A stretch of 64,000 nt of DNA from an uncultured Alphaproteobacteria bacterium (GTDB lineage Bacteria; Pseudomonadota; Alphaproteobacteria; Rhizobiales; Xanthobacteraceae): the NCBI GenBank assembly GCA_963721935.1, contig CAVRMY010000055.1, positions 21,151 to 85,150 of the forward strand, read 5' to 3'. The translations under genes and the position numbers were made by a program. Below are positions 10,795-20,705 of this stretch, one piece after another (position 1 is the stretch's first letter; every line of letters begins with the position of its first letter). The notes under the pieces were generated by a model. That model saw only the letters and a program-made list of their open reading frames with translations, was not told the DNA's origin and ran no database searches.

Positions 10795-12648
10795 GTGAAG
10801 GCATCCTGGATCAGTGCGTTTTTTCCGGCCATTTTGCTTGCCGGCTCTTCGGTCAGTTTCTCCGGAAACGCCACCGAACCCATTCATAGTTCGAACGTTC
10901 TGGCAGGCGTCCAAAATCTGACCCGGATCAAGATACTCGAGAGCAACAACGTCACGTTGCGGCCGGGATCGGTCTACGACACCGCGAGCTATTACGAGGT
11001 ACTGCTCGGCTTTCCGCAGCCCGGATTCAATTATGAATTTCTCGACGCCGGGCTGGGCGCAGCAGAGCCCGTCTATCCGATGCACGAAAAAGGCCATCAG
11101 GCCAGCTACACGCGGTTGATTCCCAGCTTTTTCAGCAATGACAAGCTCCATATCGACAGCTACGCGACCGTCGATACCGTGGAAGACTGCCGGGTCGACA
11201 GCACTTATCTGTCACGCAGCATGACCGAATATCCTGCCACCGAGTTCAAACGGGAGCGCGACGAAGGCTTCACGATCATGCTGCTTCGTCTCGACTATTA
11301 CACGCGCCTGCGTCCGGACGCCAAATGTGGCCGCCATCTTGCCCACGATCCCGATCCAAATTTCGACCCGATGAAGTTCATCGAGACGTATCACGACGCC
11401 ATGTATCTGTCTGACTTTCCGCATAAGGATCTCGCGCGCTTCGAAGCGAAGGCCGGGGTGCTTCATCAGGTCCGCCAGGATATCTTCCCAACACAAGCAA
11501 GGTTCGATCTCAACCGACTGGTCGACAATTCGCTTTGGTATTACCCGCAGGGCCACGAATTCGATTTCGGAATCTCACAAGCCCGGCCGCAGTACGGCAT
11601 GAGCGATTTCAACCTCCCCCGTCACATGGTCATCGAAGCGACGCCGGAAACGCAGGCAGCGTTTCCGCTCGCCTCCATTCTCAAAGGCGACGAATTTCGC
11701 AAACTTTTGAGCTTCTGGTCGGGTCAGCCGACGGCCGATTTCGATGCGGAGAAAGAACCGGGGCGCGATACGTTCCGGCTGAGCGACGTGACCCAGGCCA
11801 ATGTCTATACCTCGGGGCTCTATATCGAAAACATCAAGGACGTGGTGAGCAACGTCTCCGATCCCGGGCATTTCAAGCTCGTCGCCATGAGCATCAAACC
11901 CTATGAGCAGCAGGACGATATCGCCTGGGAGGGTTTGCGGGTCGTGCCGCAAATTCACTTTGTCTATCAGCTCATGGACCCACGGCAGCCCGATCGCCCC
12001 TTCGAACAGCTTTATCTGCACCTGAAATGGGATGTCGTCGATCAACTCGCGGACAGGGACACTCGGAGGAAGCAACATCTGCAATTTCTAAGCCGGGTCG
12101 ACGAATTGACCCATGCTCGTGAAACGCAAGCGCCGGATCGAGGGGAGTTGGTGCGCAAGTTCATCGCTGATTTGACCTCGGCCCGGCCGATCGAGCAAAT
12201 CGCGTTCAGCTCGTCCCTGTCGGGGATCTGGGTCTTCGGCGCCTTGACGCGCGATCAGAACCAGGCTCGCGAGCTGTTGCCGATGCGAATCATCCGCGAC
12301 GGCATCGATCTCGGTTACTATTCGACCGTTCATGACAATGACGTCTTCCGAGCCGAAGCCGAGAAGGCGACCGGCCCGCGGAAAAAGGAACTACAGCAAC
12401 TTCTCGACGATCTGACCGTCGGCTTTTACCGCGACCCCAAACGGCAAAATGTCACGGCAATCAATTTCCATCGCGTCAGCTGCGCCCAATGCCATCAGAC
12501 CTCCGGTCGTGACGGTGTTCATTTCTCATTCAACGACGAACTCAACGAGAAGATCAAGTCGAAGGTCTATGTGACGGAGTTCTTCTTCCACGACGCCGAC
12601 GAGCAGTTGAAGACGGGAATGACGTATTGGACGGAGGCCATGCGCTGA
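10795..12648 (+). CDS. Hypothetical secreted protein (617 aa) with one C-terminal CxxCH motif
   Basis: Long ORF with signal-peptide-like N-terminus (MKASWISAFFPAILLAG...SGNA); CAQCH near the C-terminus; family not recognised. Confidence 0.7.
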   Translation: MKASWISAFFPAILLAGSSVSFSGNATEPIHSSNVLAGVQNLTRIKILESNNVTLRPGSVYDTASYYEVLLGFPQPGFNYEFLDAGLGAAEPVYPMHEKGHQASYTRLIPSFFSNDKLHIDSYATVDTVEDCRVDSTYLSRSMTEYPATEFKRERDEGFTIMLLRLDYYTRLRPDAKCGRHLAHDPDPNFDPMKFIETYHDAMYLSDFPHKDLARFEAKAGVLHQVRQDIFPTQARFDLNRLVDNSLWYYPQGHEFDFGISQARPQYGMSDFNLPRHMVIEATPETQAAFPLASILKGDEFRKLLSFWSGQPTADFDAEKEPGRDTFRLSDVTQANVYTSGLYIENIKDVVSNVSDPGHFKLVAMSIKPYEQQDDIAWEGLRVVPQIHFVYQLMDPRQPDRPFEQLYLHLKWDVVDQLADRDTRRKQHLQFLSRVDELTHARETQAPDRGELVRKFIADLTSARPIEQIAFSSSLSGIWVFGALTRDQNQARELLPMRIIRDGIDLGYYSTVHDNDVFRAEAEKATGPRKKELQQLLDDLTVGFYRDPKRQNVTAINFHRVSCAQCHQTSGRDGVHFSFNDELNEKIKSKVYVTEFFFHDADEQLKTGMTYWTEAMR

Positions 12649-12676
12649 GCCGGGTCTCTCTTCAGCTCTTGGCGGA

Positions 12677-12780
12677 CTGGAGCCTTTTTGGCTCTGGTTG
12701 AATCACAACCAAGGCTCGGATCTCTTGTTTTAAGGCGTTTTCTTCACGCGAACCGGTGCCCACTTCGCTCGAAAACGCTA
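12677..12780. repeat. MITE/RIME-like intergenic element of rhizobial type
   Basis: Minus strand reads TAGCGTTTTCGAGCGAAGTGGGCACCGGTTCGCGTGAAGAAAACGC..., resembling abundant Rhizobiales repeats I recall; internal hairpins; lies between convergent genes. Confidence 0.65.
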
Positions 12781-12785
12781 TGGCG

Positions 12786-13541
12786 CTAGCCTCCGAGATA
12801 GGCCCCGCCATTGCTGTGGATCGACTGCCCGTTGATGTAGCGGGCGGCCGGCCCGCACAGGAACCTGACCGCCGCGGCGACGTCTTCGGGTCGCCCGCGC
12901 TCGCCGGTGATGGTCTGGTGGACCAGATGATGGGCGGGTTCGGGCTTGTCCTTCGCACGCGGCGTACCGATCAGGCCGGGAACCACGCAATTGACCGTAA
13001 TGCCATCAGAGGCGAGATCATGGGCGAGCGCGCGTGTGAAGCCGATGATGCCAGCCTTGGCGGTAACCACGTGCGCGCGGTCCCTCGCCCCGGTGTGCGC
13101 GCTCAAGCCGCCAATGTTGACGATGGTTCCGGAGCCGCTCTTCTTCAGGTACGGCAGACAGGCCTTCACGCAATGGAACGCGCCATCGAGGGTGACGTTC
13201 ATGATCTCACGCCATTCGGTGTAGCTCATCTGCTCAAAGGGTTTTTCCCGGCGCAGGGCGGCGTTGTTGACGAGGATGTCGATCCGGCCGAAATGCCGCA
13301 CCGCCGTCTCGACCATCGCCTGCACCTGGTTGGCGTCCGCAACGTCGCCGATATGGACCTGCGCCTTCCGGCCCCTCGCTGCGATCTCGCCCGCGACGGA
13401 CTCGGCCTCGGCGCGGTTGCTGCGCGCGTTGACCAGAATGGACGCCCCGCCGTCCGCAAGCTCCAGCGCAATCGCCCGGCCGATGTTGCGACCAGCTCCA
13501 GTGACGATGGCAACCTTGCCGGCAAGTTCGCTTGTGGCCAT
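12786..13541 (-). CDS. SDR family oxidoreductase
   Basis: VTGAGRNIG, DILVNNA; the catalytic YxxxK position reads HVVTAK (atypical). Confidence 0.9.
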   Translation of the reverse strand: MATSELAGKVAIVTGAGRNIGRAIALELADGGASILVNARSNRAEAESVAGEIAARGRKAQVHIGDVADANQVQAMVETAVRHFGRIDILVNNAALRREKPFEQMSYTEWREIMNVTLDGAFHCVKACLPYLKKSGSGTIVNIGGLSAHTGARDRAHVVTAKAGIIGFTRALAHDLASDGITVNCVVPGLIGTPRAKDKPEPAHHLVHQTITGERGRPEDVAAAVRFLCGPAARYINGQSIHSNGGAYLGG

Positions 13542-13561
13542 TGGCTCTTGTTCCCCTGTTC

Positions 13562-13661
13562 CGTCATCGTCCGCGAAGGCGGACGATCCAGTAGCGACCG
13601 ACATCCGTCATTGATCCGATACCCAAACTTACCGGATGCCCCGCCTGCGCGGGGCATGACG
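13562..13661. repeat. REP-like palindromic repeat
   Basis: CGTCAT...ATGACG ends enclosing GTCCGC-GAAG-GCGGAC and CCCCGC-CT-GCGCGGGG hairpins. Confidence 0.7.
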
Positions 13662-13669
13662 CTGGATGG

Positions 13670-15043
13670 TTACGCGCGCAACCCGCTCAAATCGATCCTG
13701 CCTCGGTAAAGTCCCGCCAGCAGCTTCAAGGCCGCTTCGCTCTGCGATCTGCTCCAGCCGCCGTGCTGGGCGTTGAGCGCGAATTTGTCGGTGACATCCT
13801 GCCGGGTCAGCGGCTCGTGGGCGCCGCCACGCAGATGCGGCTGCCGCTCTTCGACGACGCGGCCGTCCTTGAGAGTTGCCCTGACATGGCCGGTATAATT
13901 GTTCGGATAGGGATTATCGGGATCGATCACGAACTTCACCGTGGAAGCCAAAGCGAGCACGCGAGCATCGTTGATCGCGGCTTCCGTGAACGCGCCGAGC
14001 CCGACGCCGCCATGCACGAAGCCGGTCGCCAGCAGATACGGCACGGCGAATTTGGCGGCGTAGCCGTTGCGCGGACGCTGCTTGTCGGAGAGCGGCTCCC
14101 ACAGCCGGTGCACGGTCCCCTCCGCCACTTCGCACAGAATTGCCTCGACATCCTCGGGCTTGATCCCACGCGCGGCCAGTCGACGGGCGCAGTCGATATA
14201 GGGCTGCGCCATGGTGCCGCAGGGATAGGGCTTGAAAGCCAGGGTATCCGTCACCCAGCGCACGCCGAAATCGCCCGTAAGCGCGTCGTAGTCGCCCTCG
14301 GTGGTATGGGCGAAACCATTGAACAATCCATGCACGCCTTCAAACACCGTGCGCGGGCCGACAAAGCCTTGTCGCGCCAGGAGCGCCGCGCGGATGCCGG
14401 ACTGAGCCGCCCAGCCTGCATGCATTCGCTTGGTCCAGGCGCCTTCGGCAAGATATTCGATGATGCCGCCTGCCATGCTGCCGGCGATGCCGAGGGCGTT
14501 GACGATCTCTTTTGCGTCAAGGCCAAGGGCTGCGCCCACGCCCGCAGCTGCCCCCATCGCGCCAAAAATCGCCGTCGGATGAAAGCCCGCCTTGTGCACC
14601 GCCTTGGGCACCACAAGGCTCAGACGGCAGAGCACTTCGGTGCCGACGGCTATCCCCATCAGCGCCATTCGGCCATCCGGATCGTGCCGCTCGCAAGCCG
14701 CAAGAACGGCCGGCACGATCACCGCACCGGCATGGACCGGTCCGCCCTCGAAGGTGTCGTCGAAATCCTCACCATGTGCCGCAGTGCCGTTGACGAAGGC
14801 GGCGCCTGAAGCTGTCAGCGTGCGCCGATGACCGACGACCGTGCAGGGTCCGTCATCGTCGCTGGCGGCAATCGCACTCTTGACATAGTCCTCGTTGCGC
14901 GCGGTGACGCAGAGACCGACGACGTCGATCAGCAAATCTTCACATTTGCCGGTCGTCGAAGGCGGCAAGGCGTCCGACTTCAGGGCGGCAATTTTTTGCG
15001 CCAATGTTTCGGCAACGGAGTTTTTTGGCAGTTCGGAGGTCAT
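13670..15043 (-). CDS. MmgE/PrpD family protein
   Basis: NGTAAHGEDFDD, PVHAG, GFHPTA, WTKRMHAG, FKPYPCG. Confidence 0.93.
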   Translation of the reverse strand: MTSELPKNSVAETLAQKIAALKSDALPPSTTGKCEDLLIDVVGLCVTARNEDYVKSAIAASDDDGPCTVVGHRRTLTASGAAFVNGTAAHGEDFDDTFEGGPVHAGAVIVPAVLAACERHDPDGRMALMGIAVGTEVLCRLSLVVPKAVHKAGFHPTAIFGAMGAAAGVGAALGLDAKEIVNALGIAGSMAGGIIEYLAEGAWTKRMHAGWAAQSGIRAALLARQGFVGPRTVFEGVHGLFNGFAHTTEGDYDALTGDFGVRWVTDTLAFKPYPCGTMAQPYIDCARRLAARGIKPEDVEAILCEVAEGTVHRLWEPLSDKQRPRNGYAAKFAVPYLLATGFVHGGVGLGAFTEAAINDARVLALASTVKFVIDPDNPYPNNYTGHVRATLKDGRVVEERQPHLRGGAHEPLTRQDVTDKFALNAQHGGWSRSQSEAALKLLAGLYRGRIDLSGLRA

Positions 15044-15085
15044 GATCGCTCGGCGGTCGGGATTGGCATTTGAGGTCTTTAAAGC

Positions 15086-16153
15086 TCAGACGTGGAATAG
15101 CCTGGTATAGCGGGATTTGATGGCGCTGGCCTGCTGCTCCACGGCTACCGGATCGTCCTTCAACGTCTTGATGTCCTTGAGCGGCGTCCAGCCGGGTTTC
15201 TCCCTGGTTTGCGGATGTGCCGAGCGCAAGCCGCCGATATCGATAATGAGCTGCTGGGCCTCGCGGCTGAAGCAGTAGGACTGGAACAGCTTTGCCGCAT
15301 TCGGATTGGGCGAGCCCTTGAAGATGCCGTTGGGACCGATGATCATCGGCGACCCCTCCGTCGCATAGACCGGCTCGACCGGGCGCCCCGCCTCCCTTAG
15401 TTGCAGAATATTGTATTCGTTGCCGTCGGCCATCACCGCGCGCTCTCCAAGCTCGAGCTTCTTCGGCGGATCGGACGACGATTGCACCTGCATGACATTC
15501 TGTTTGGCAAGCTGTTCGAACCAGGTCCAGCCGAGATCGCGCTGCAACTGGTAGGTCGCGGTCATGATGGTGCCGGAATAGCCGGGATGGGCCTTGACGA
15601 TCTTGCCCTTCCATTTTGGATCGAGCAGATCGGCAAAACTCTTCGGCGCGTCCTCTGCCTTAACCAGGTTGGTGTTGTAGGCGATGATGCTGAGCCAAAT
15701 GCGCCAGCTTGCATATTGGCCGTCGGCATCCTTGTGCTCGGCCGGATAGAATTTTGCGACATCCTCGGTGACGTAAGGTGCCAAAATCCCGTCGCGCTTC
15801 CAGACGATGAAATGCGCGGCGTCCGAGGAATTCACCACGTCGACGGCGTGAATGTTGCTTGAATATTCCTGGCCGATGCGCTGGAACACCCGCTCGGCCC
15901 CGGTGCGCTCGACGCGCACGGAGATTCCAGGGTATTTCGCCTCGAACGAACGCGCCAATTTCTCGGCAACCGGCAGGTCGGTCGAGGTATAGTAGACTAC
16001 CTGGCCCTCTTTCCTGGCTGCCTCGGTCAGTGCAGGCGTAACCGACTCGGGCGGAGGTGCTTGCGCCAGGACGCGGGCAGAAAATGCCGGGCCCGCAAGC
16101 AATCCGCCGGCCAGCCTGAGTGCGTCACGACGCGAGACTTTTCTGATTTTCAT
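15086..16153 (-). CDS. ABC-type extracellular solute-binding protein (Fe/thiamine/polyamine-like fold), Tat signal
   Basis: SRRDALRL leader; EGQVVYYTS, DLLDPKWKG, PNPNAAKLF. Confidence 0.85.
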   Translation of the reverse strand: MKIRKVSRRDALRLAGGLLAGPAFSARVLAQAPPPESVTPALTEAARKEGQVVYYTSTDLPVAEKLARSFEAKYPGISVRVERTGAERVFQRIGQEYSSNIHAVDVVNSSDAAHFIVWKRDGILAPYVTEDVAKFYPAEHKDADGQYASWRIWLSIIAYNTNLVKAEDAPKSFADLLDPKWKGKIVKAHPGYSGTIMTATYQLQRDLGWTWFEQLAKQNVMQVQSSSDPPKKLELGERAVMADGNEYNILQLREAGRPVEPVYATEGSPMIIGPNGIFKGSPNPNAAKLFQSYCFSREAQQLIIDIGGLRSAHPQTREKPGWTPLKDIKTLKDDPVAVEQQASAIKSRYTRLFHV

Positions 16154-16334
16154 TGATTACTCTGTCGGCCCGTTGCGGCCGTTCGTACACTTGATGAGGA
16201 TATTTCATTCCTGCGGCCAAGCATGAGTCCATGTCGACGGCTTGTTCCCCTTGCCGGTAGTCTGAATTGACTGTTAGACCCGGACGCTGGATTTGGCCAG
16301 CCTCGCGTCCGCAAAAGTGAGCAAGAAGGTGAAG

Positions 16335-17342
16335 ATGACGGGTCGCACAACCATCTTGGGATCTGCGCCGCTGATATGGAGCTATGTATTATCGGCGACT
16401 GTCCTGCTTGCGGCGCAGGCTTTTTCCGTCAGTAGCTGTCGCGCACAGGAATATCCTGCGCGAACCGTCCGCATCATCGTTCCCTTCGGCGCGGGAGGAC
16501 CTGCGGACGTGGCAGCGCGTGTGCTCGGCAACGCGCTGCAGGACGATCTCAAGCAACCCTTTGTGATCGAAAACCGTCCGGGCGCCGGCGCGGTGATCGG
16601 GACGCAGGACGCCGCCAAGTCGCCAGGGGACGGCTACACGCTGCTGATGATGTCGAACACCCAGACCGCCAATGAATCGCTGGTGCCGCAACGCAAATAC
16701 GAATTGATGCGCGACCTGGTCCCAATCGCGCCGATCAACGTTGCCGATCTCGTGATCGTCGTGCACCCCTCGGTGCCCGCAAAGACGTTGAAGGAATTCA
16801 TCGCGCTTGCCAAAGCCCAACCAGGAAAACTGAACTACGCGTCGTCCGGCCAGGGCACGCCCTATCACATGGCGGGTGAGCTCTTCAAATCCATGGCTGG
16901 CATCGATCTCGTGCACGTGCCCTATCGCAACAGCGGCGAAGCGCGCAACGGCGTGATCGGCGGACAGGTGCAGATGATGATCGATTCGGTGACGACCATG
17001 GCCCCCAATGTTAACCAGGGCCAGGTGCGCGCGCTCGCTACCACGGGCAAGACGCGTTCCAGCGTCTTGCCCGAGGTGCCCACGGCCGAGGAAGCTGGCC
17101 TGGAAGGTTACGAAGCCACCATCTGGCTCGGACTTATGGCGCCCAACGGTACGCCAAAGCCCGTCATCGAAAGGCTGAATACTGCGATCAACGCCGCCAT
17201 CAAGCGGCCGGAAATCGTGAAACTCTGGGCCGACCAGGGCGCCGTGCCGATGTCGATGACCCCTGAGGAATTCGACAAATTCCTGCGCGGCGATATTGTG
17301 AAGTGGGCCGAGGTCGTCAAACGTTTCGCCGACAAGCCGTGA
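16335..17342 (+). CDS. Bug/TctC tripartite tricarboxylate transporter substrate-binding protein
   Basis: YPARTVRIIVPFGAGG, ENRPGAG, NYASSG.GTPYH, HVPYR, VPTAEEAG. Confidence 0.93.
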   Translation: MTGRTTILGSAPLIWSYVLSATVLLAAQAFSVSSCRAQEYPARTVRIIVPFGAGGPADVAARVLGNALQDDLKQPFVIENRPGAGAVIGTQDAAKSPGDGYTLLMMSNTQTANESLVPQRKYELMRDLVPIAPINVADLVIVVHPSVPAKTLKEFIALAKAQPGKLNYASSGQGTPYHMAGELFKSMAGIDLVHVPYRNSGEARNGVIGGQVQMMIDSVTTMAPNVNQGQVRALATTGKTRSSVLPEVPTAEEAGLEGYEATIWLGLMAPNGTPKPVIERLNTAINAAIKRPEIVKLWADQGAVPMSMTPEEFDKFLRGDIVKWAEVVKRFADKP

Positions 17343-17361
17343 ACCAGGGTTCCCGATCGTA

Positions 17362-17832
17362 ATGCCAGGTATCCGATTTCGTCTCAATGGCACCGAGGTC
17401 TTCGTCGATGCCGATCCCGATACATCGCTGCTGACAATTCTGCGGGGCAAGCTCGGCATCACGGGTGCGCATTTCGGTTGCGGCGCCGGCGAATGCGGCG
17501 CCTGCAATGTCATGGTCGGCGACCACGCCGTGACCGCCTGCGATACACCCCTGTGGTCGGCCGAGAACAAGGAGGTCGTGACCATCGAGGGGCTGGGAAA
17601 TGCGGAACGGCCGCATCCCTTGCAGCGCGCGTTCATCGCCGAGCAGGCGCTGCAATGCGGCTATTGCGTATCGGGCATTCTGATCAGTGCGGCAGCGCTG
17701 CTGAAGCGCAATCCCGATCCTACCCGCGAAGAAATCAAGGCCGCGCTTGACCGCAATCTTTGCCGTTGCGGTTCGCACAATCGGATGGTGCGGGCCGTGT
17801 TGCGCGCGGCGACGGAGATGCAGGCGCGATGA
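17362..17832 (+). CDS. (2Fe-2S)-binding small subunit of a xanthine-oxidase-family Mo hydroxylase
   Basis: GCGAGECGAC, TIEGL, QCGYC, NLCRCG. Confidence 0.95.
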   Translation: MPGIRFRLNGTEVFVDADPDTSLLTILRGKLGITGAHFGCGAGECGACNVMVGDHAVTACDTPLWSAENKEVVTIEGLGNAERPHPLQRAFIAEQALQCGYCVSGILISAAALLKRNPDPTREEIKAALDRNLCRCGSHNRMVRAVLRAATEMQAR

Positions 17833-19970
17833 TGGAAAAATCCCCCTCCCCCACCGGGCCCGCGTTGCCGCCGAGTCTTGCGGCAAATCCAAGACTGTCT
17901 TCCTGGATCGGTTTCTCGCCGGATGGACAGGTGGCGGTCTCTCCCGGAAAGGTCGAGATCGGACAAGGCATCGTCACGGCGCTCGCCCAGATCGCTGCCG
18001 ATGAACTCGATGTGAATATTTCCCGGGTGCGGATGGTGCGCGCGTCCACAGCCACAAGCCCCAATGAGGGGGTCACCTCGGGAAGTCTTTCCGTGCAGCA
18101 ATCGGGGCGCGCGATCCGGCATGCATGTGCCGAGATCAGGCAGATATTTATTTCGGCTGCCGCCGAGCGCCTTGGGGTTGCGACCGATGTGCTCGACATC
18201 AACGATGGCACCATCTCCGGACCCGGCAATGTCTCCACCAGCTATTGGGAGCTCGCAGCCGAAGTTTCGCTCGATCGCGACGCGACGCCGGGCGCGGTAG
18301 CCAAATCGGCCTCGCAGCGGACGCTTGCCGGTCAATCCGTGCGGCGGCTCGATATTCCCGACAAGGTGTTTGCAAAGCCCCGCTTCATTCACGATTTTGC
18401 GCTGCCGGGCATGCTGCACGGTCGCGTGCTGCGCTCCGAGCTTTCCCACGCGACGCTGATCGCGTTGAACGAGGATGCCGCGCGCCAGCTTGACGGACTG
18501 GTCGCGATCGTGCGCGATGGCAATTTTGCCGGCGTCGTCAGCCAGACCGAAGGTGGCGCCGAATTGGCGCTGGCAGCCTTGCGCAAGGGCGCCGAATGGC
18601 GTTCGCGCGAAACCCTGCCCAATGAAGATTCCCTTGCCGATTGGCTGAAGGGTCAGCCTTCCGAACTGACCGTGATCGCCAGCAAGAAGGCGCCATCCCA
18701 GCCTGCGAAAGCTCGCACGATCAAACGGCAATATACCCGCCCTTATATCGCGCACGGCTCGATCGCGCCGTCGCTGGCGATCGCACAGTGGACCGGCGAC
18801 CGCGTCCAGGTATGGACCCACAGCCAGGGGGTTTATCTGCTGCGTGCCGATCTGGCGCTGGTGCTCAAACTTCCGGTCGAGAACATCACCGTCGAACACA
18901 TGGAAGGCGCGGGCTGCTACGGACACAACGCCGCCGACGACGTCGCGCTTGACGCGGTGCTTCTGGCGAAAGCGGCCAGCGGCCGGCCGGTGCGCGTGCA
19001 GTGGTCGCGCGCCGATGAAATGTCGCACGCGCCGTTCGGAGCTGCGATGACCATCGAGATCGAGGCCGATCTCGATGCGACTGGCGAGATCGTGGACTGG
19101 CGTCACAGCCTCTGGGGCAACGGCCACACTGCGCGGCCGGGACGCGCCAATTTGCCGGCGCTGCTTGCGGCAAGCGAACTTGCAAATCCGTTTCCGCGCG
19201 CGATTGCCACCAATCCGCCGCAAGCCAATGGCGGCGGGGCCGACCGAAACTCCGTGCCGCTCTACGATTTTCCATCATGGCAAATCGAGTGCCACAGGTT
19301 GACGACCATGCCGATCCGTACCTCGGCGCTGCGGACGTTAGGGGCGCAAGCCAACGTGTTTGCGATCGAATCCTTTCTCGACGAACTCGCCGCGGAGCGC
19401 GGCGAAGACCCGGTTGCGTTCCGCCTGCGGCATTTGTCGGACGTGCGCGCCGTGGACGTGATCCGTGCGGTTGCAAAGCGCGCCAACTGGAAGCCCGCGA
19501 AGCGGGACGGCACCGGCTACGGTTTCGGCTTTGCCCGCTACAAGAACACCGGTGCCTATTGCGCCGTGATCGCCGAGGTCGAGGGCGCCGAGGATATCGC
19601 CGTCAAGCGCCTGACGGTCGCGGTCAACGTCGGCGAAGCGATCAATCCGGACGGCGTGATCAACCAGATCGAGGGCGGCGCCATCCAGGCCACAAGCTGG
19701 GTGCTCAAGGAACGGGTTCGCTTCGATTCCACCCGCATCACCAGCAATTCCTGGACCGAATATCCAATCCTCCGCTTCAGCGAAGTGCCGGATGTCGATG
19801 TCGAAGTCATTTCGCGGCCGGACGTCGATCCCGTCGGCGCCGGTGAGGCCGCGCATGGCCCGGTTACGGCGGCGATTGCCAATGCCGTCCACGATGCGCT
19901 GGGGTTGCGCGTTCGCAACCTGCCGCTCACGCGCGAGCGCCTGATCGCGGCGATGGAGTTGACAAAATGA
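17829..19970 (+). CDS. Molybdopterin-binding large subunit (isoquinoline/nicotinate dehydrogenase beta-like)
   Basis: GKVEIGQGI, EGAGCYGHN, LRTLGA, QIEGG, GAGEAA; overlaps the upstream gene at ATGA. Confidence 0.92.
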   Translation: MMEKSPSPTGPALPPSLAANPRLSSWIGFSPDGQVAVSPGKVEIGQGIVTALAQIAADELDVNISRVRMVRASTATSPNEGVTSGSLSVQQSGRAIRHACAEIRQIFISAAAERLGVATDVLDINDGTISGPGNVSTSYWELAAEVSLDRDATPGAVAKSASQRTLAGQSVRRLDIPDKVFAKPRFIHDFALPGMLHGRVLRSELSHATLIALNEDAARQLDGLVAIVRDGNFAGVVSQTEGGAELALAALRKGAEWRSRETLPNEDSLADWLKGQPSELTVIASKKAPSQPAKARTIKRQYTRPYIAHGSIAPSLAIAQWTGDRVQVWTHSQGVYLLRADLALVLKLPVENITVEHMEGAGCYGHNAADDVALDAVLLAKAASGRPVRVQWSRADEMSHAPFGAAMTIEIEADLDATGEIVDWRHSLWGNGHTARPGRANLPALLAASELANPFPRAIATNPPQANGGGADRNSVPLYDFPSWQIECHRLTTMPIRTSALRTLGAQANVFAIESFLDELAAERGEDPVAFRLRHLSDVRAVDVIRAVAKRANWKPAKRDGTGYGFGFARYKNTGAYCAVIAEVEGAEDIAVKRLTVAVNVGEAINPDGVINQIEGGAIQATSWVLKERVRFDSTRITSNSWTEYPILRFSEVPDVDVEVISRPDVDPVGAGEAAHGPVTAAIANAVHDALGLRVRNLPLTRERLIAAMELTK

Positions 19971-20686
19971 CAAACCTGAACGTTCTAAGTGGCGGCGCGG
20001 CGCAAGGCCTGGTGGCAAGCCTTGCCGAAAGTTTCAGGGAGAGATGCGGCTTCGACATCGCTGGCGAGTTCGGTGCGGTCGGCGCCATGGCCGCCAGATT
20101 GCGCCAGGGCGCAAAGGTGGACCTCGTGATCCTCACCTCGGCGCTGATCGCTGACCTTGCGCGCGAACACCTCCTCGCCCGCGCTTCGATTACGGATGTT
20201 GGCCGGGTTGAAACGGCGCTGGCCGTGCGCGCCGCCGATCCCCCTCTATCGGTCGATGATGCGGCAAGCCTGCGCGATGCGCTGCTTGGCGCTGACGCCA
20301 TCTTCGTTCCCGATACAAAATCGTCCACCGCCGGCATTCATGTTGCAAAGGTCCTGCAGCAACTGGGCATCGCCGACGCAGTTGCAACACGACTGAAGAT
20401 CCATCCGAACGGCGCAACCGCCATGCGCCACCTCGCCGAAAGCAACGCGGCGCGGCCGATCGGCTGCACGCAATCGACCGAGATCATCAATACCGAGGGG
20501 GTAAAGCTTTCGGGGCCGCTGCCCAGGGGTTGCGATCTCTCTACGCTTTATACCGCGGCAATCGCCACCGCAGCATCCTACCCGCGGCAAGCGCAAGCAC
20601 TGGCCGATTTATTAACGAACGCCGAACAACAGGAAATGCGCGCAAGGGCGGGCTTCCTGGATGATCGAAACCAGTTACAATCTTGA
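19967..20686 (+). CDS. ModA-like substrate-binding-fold protein lacking a signal peptide
   Basis: VLSGGAAQG, FGAVGAM, TAGIHV, GCTQSTEI; begins directly with the mature-fold strand. Confidence 0.8.
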   Translation: MTNLNVLSGGAAQGLVASLAESFRERCGFDIAGEFGAVGAMAARLRQGAKVDLVILTSALIADLAREHLLARASITDVGRVETALAVRAADPPLSVDDAASLRDALLGADAIFVPDTKSSTAGIHVAKVLQQLGIADAVATRLKIHPNGATAMRHLAESNAARPIGCTQSTEIINTEGVKLSGPLPRGCDLSTLYTAAIATAASYPRQAQALADLLTNAEQQEMRARAGFLDDRNQLQS

Positions 20687-20705
20687 AAAAAAGGGAGGAC
20701 TAAAA

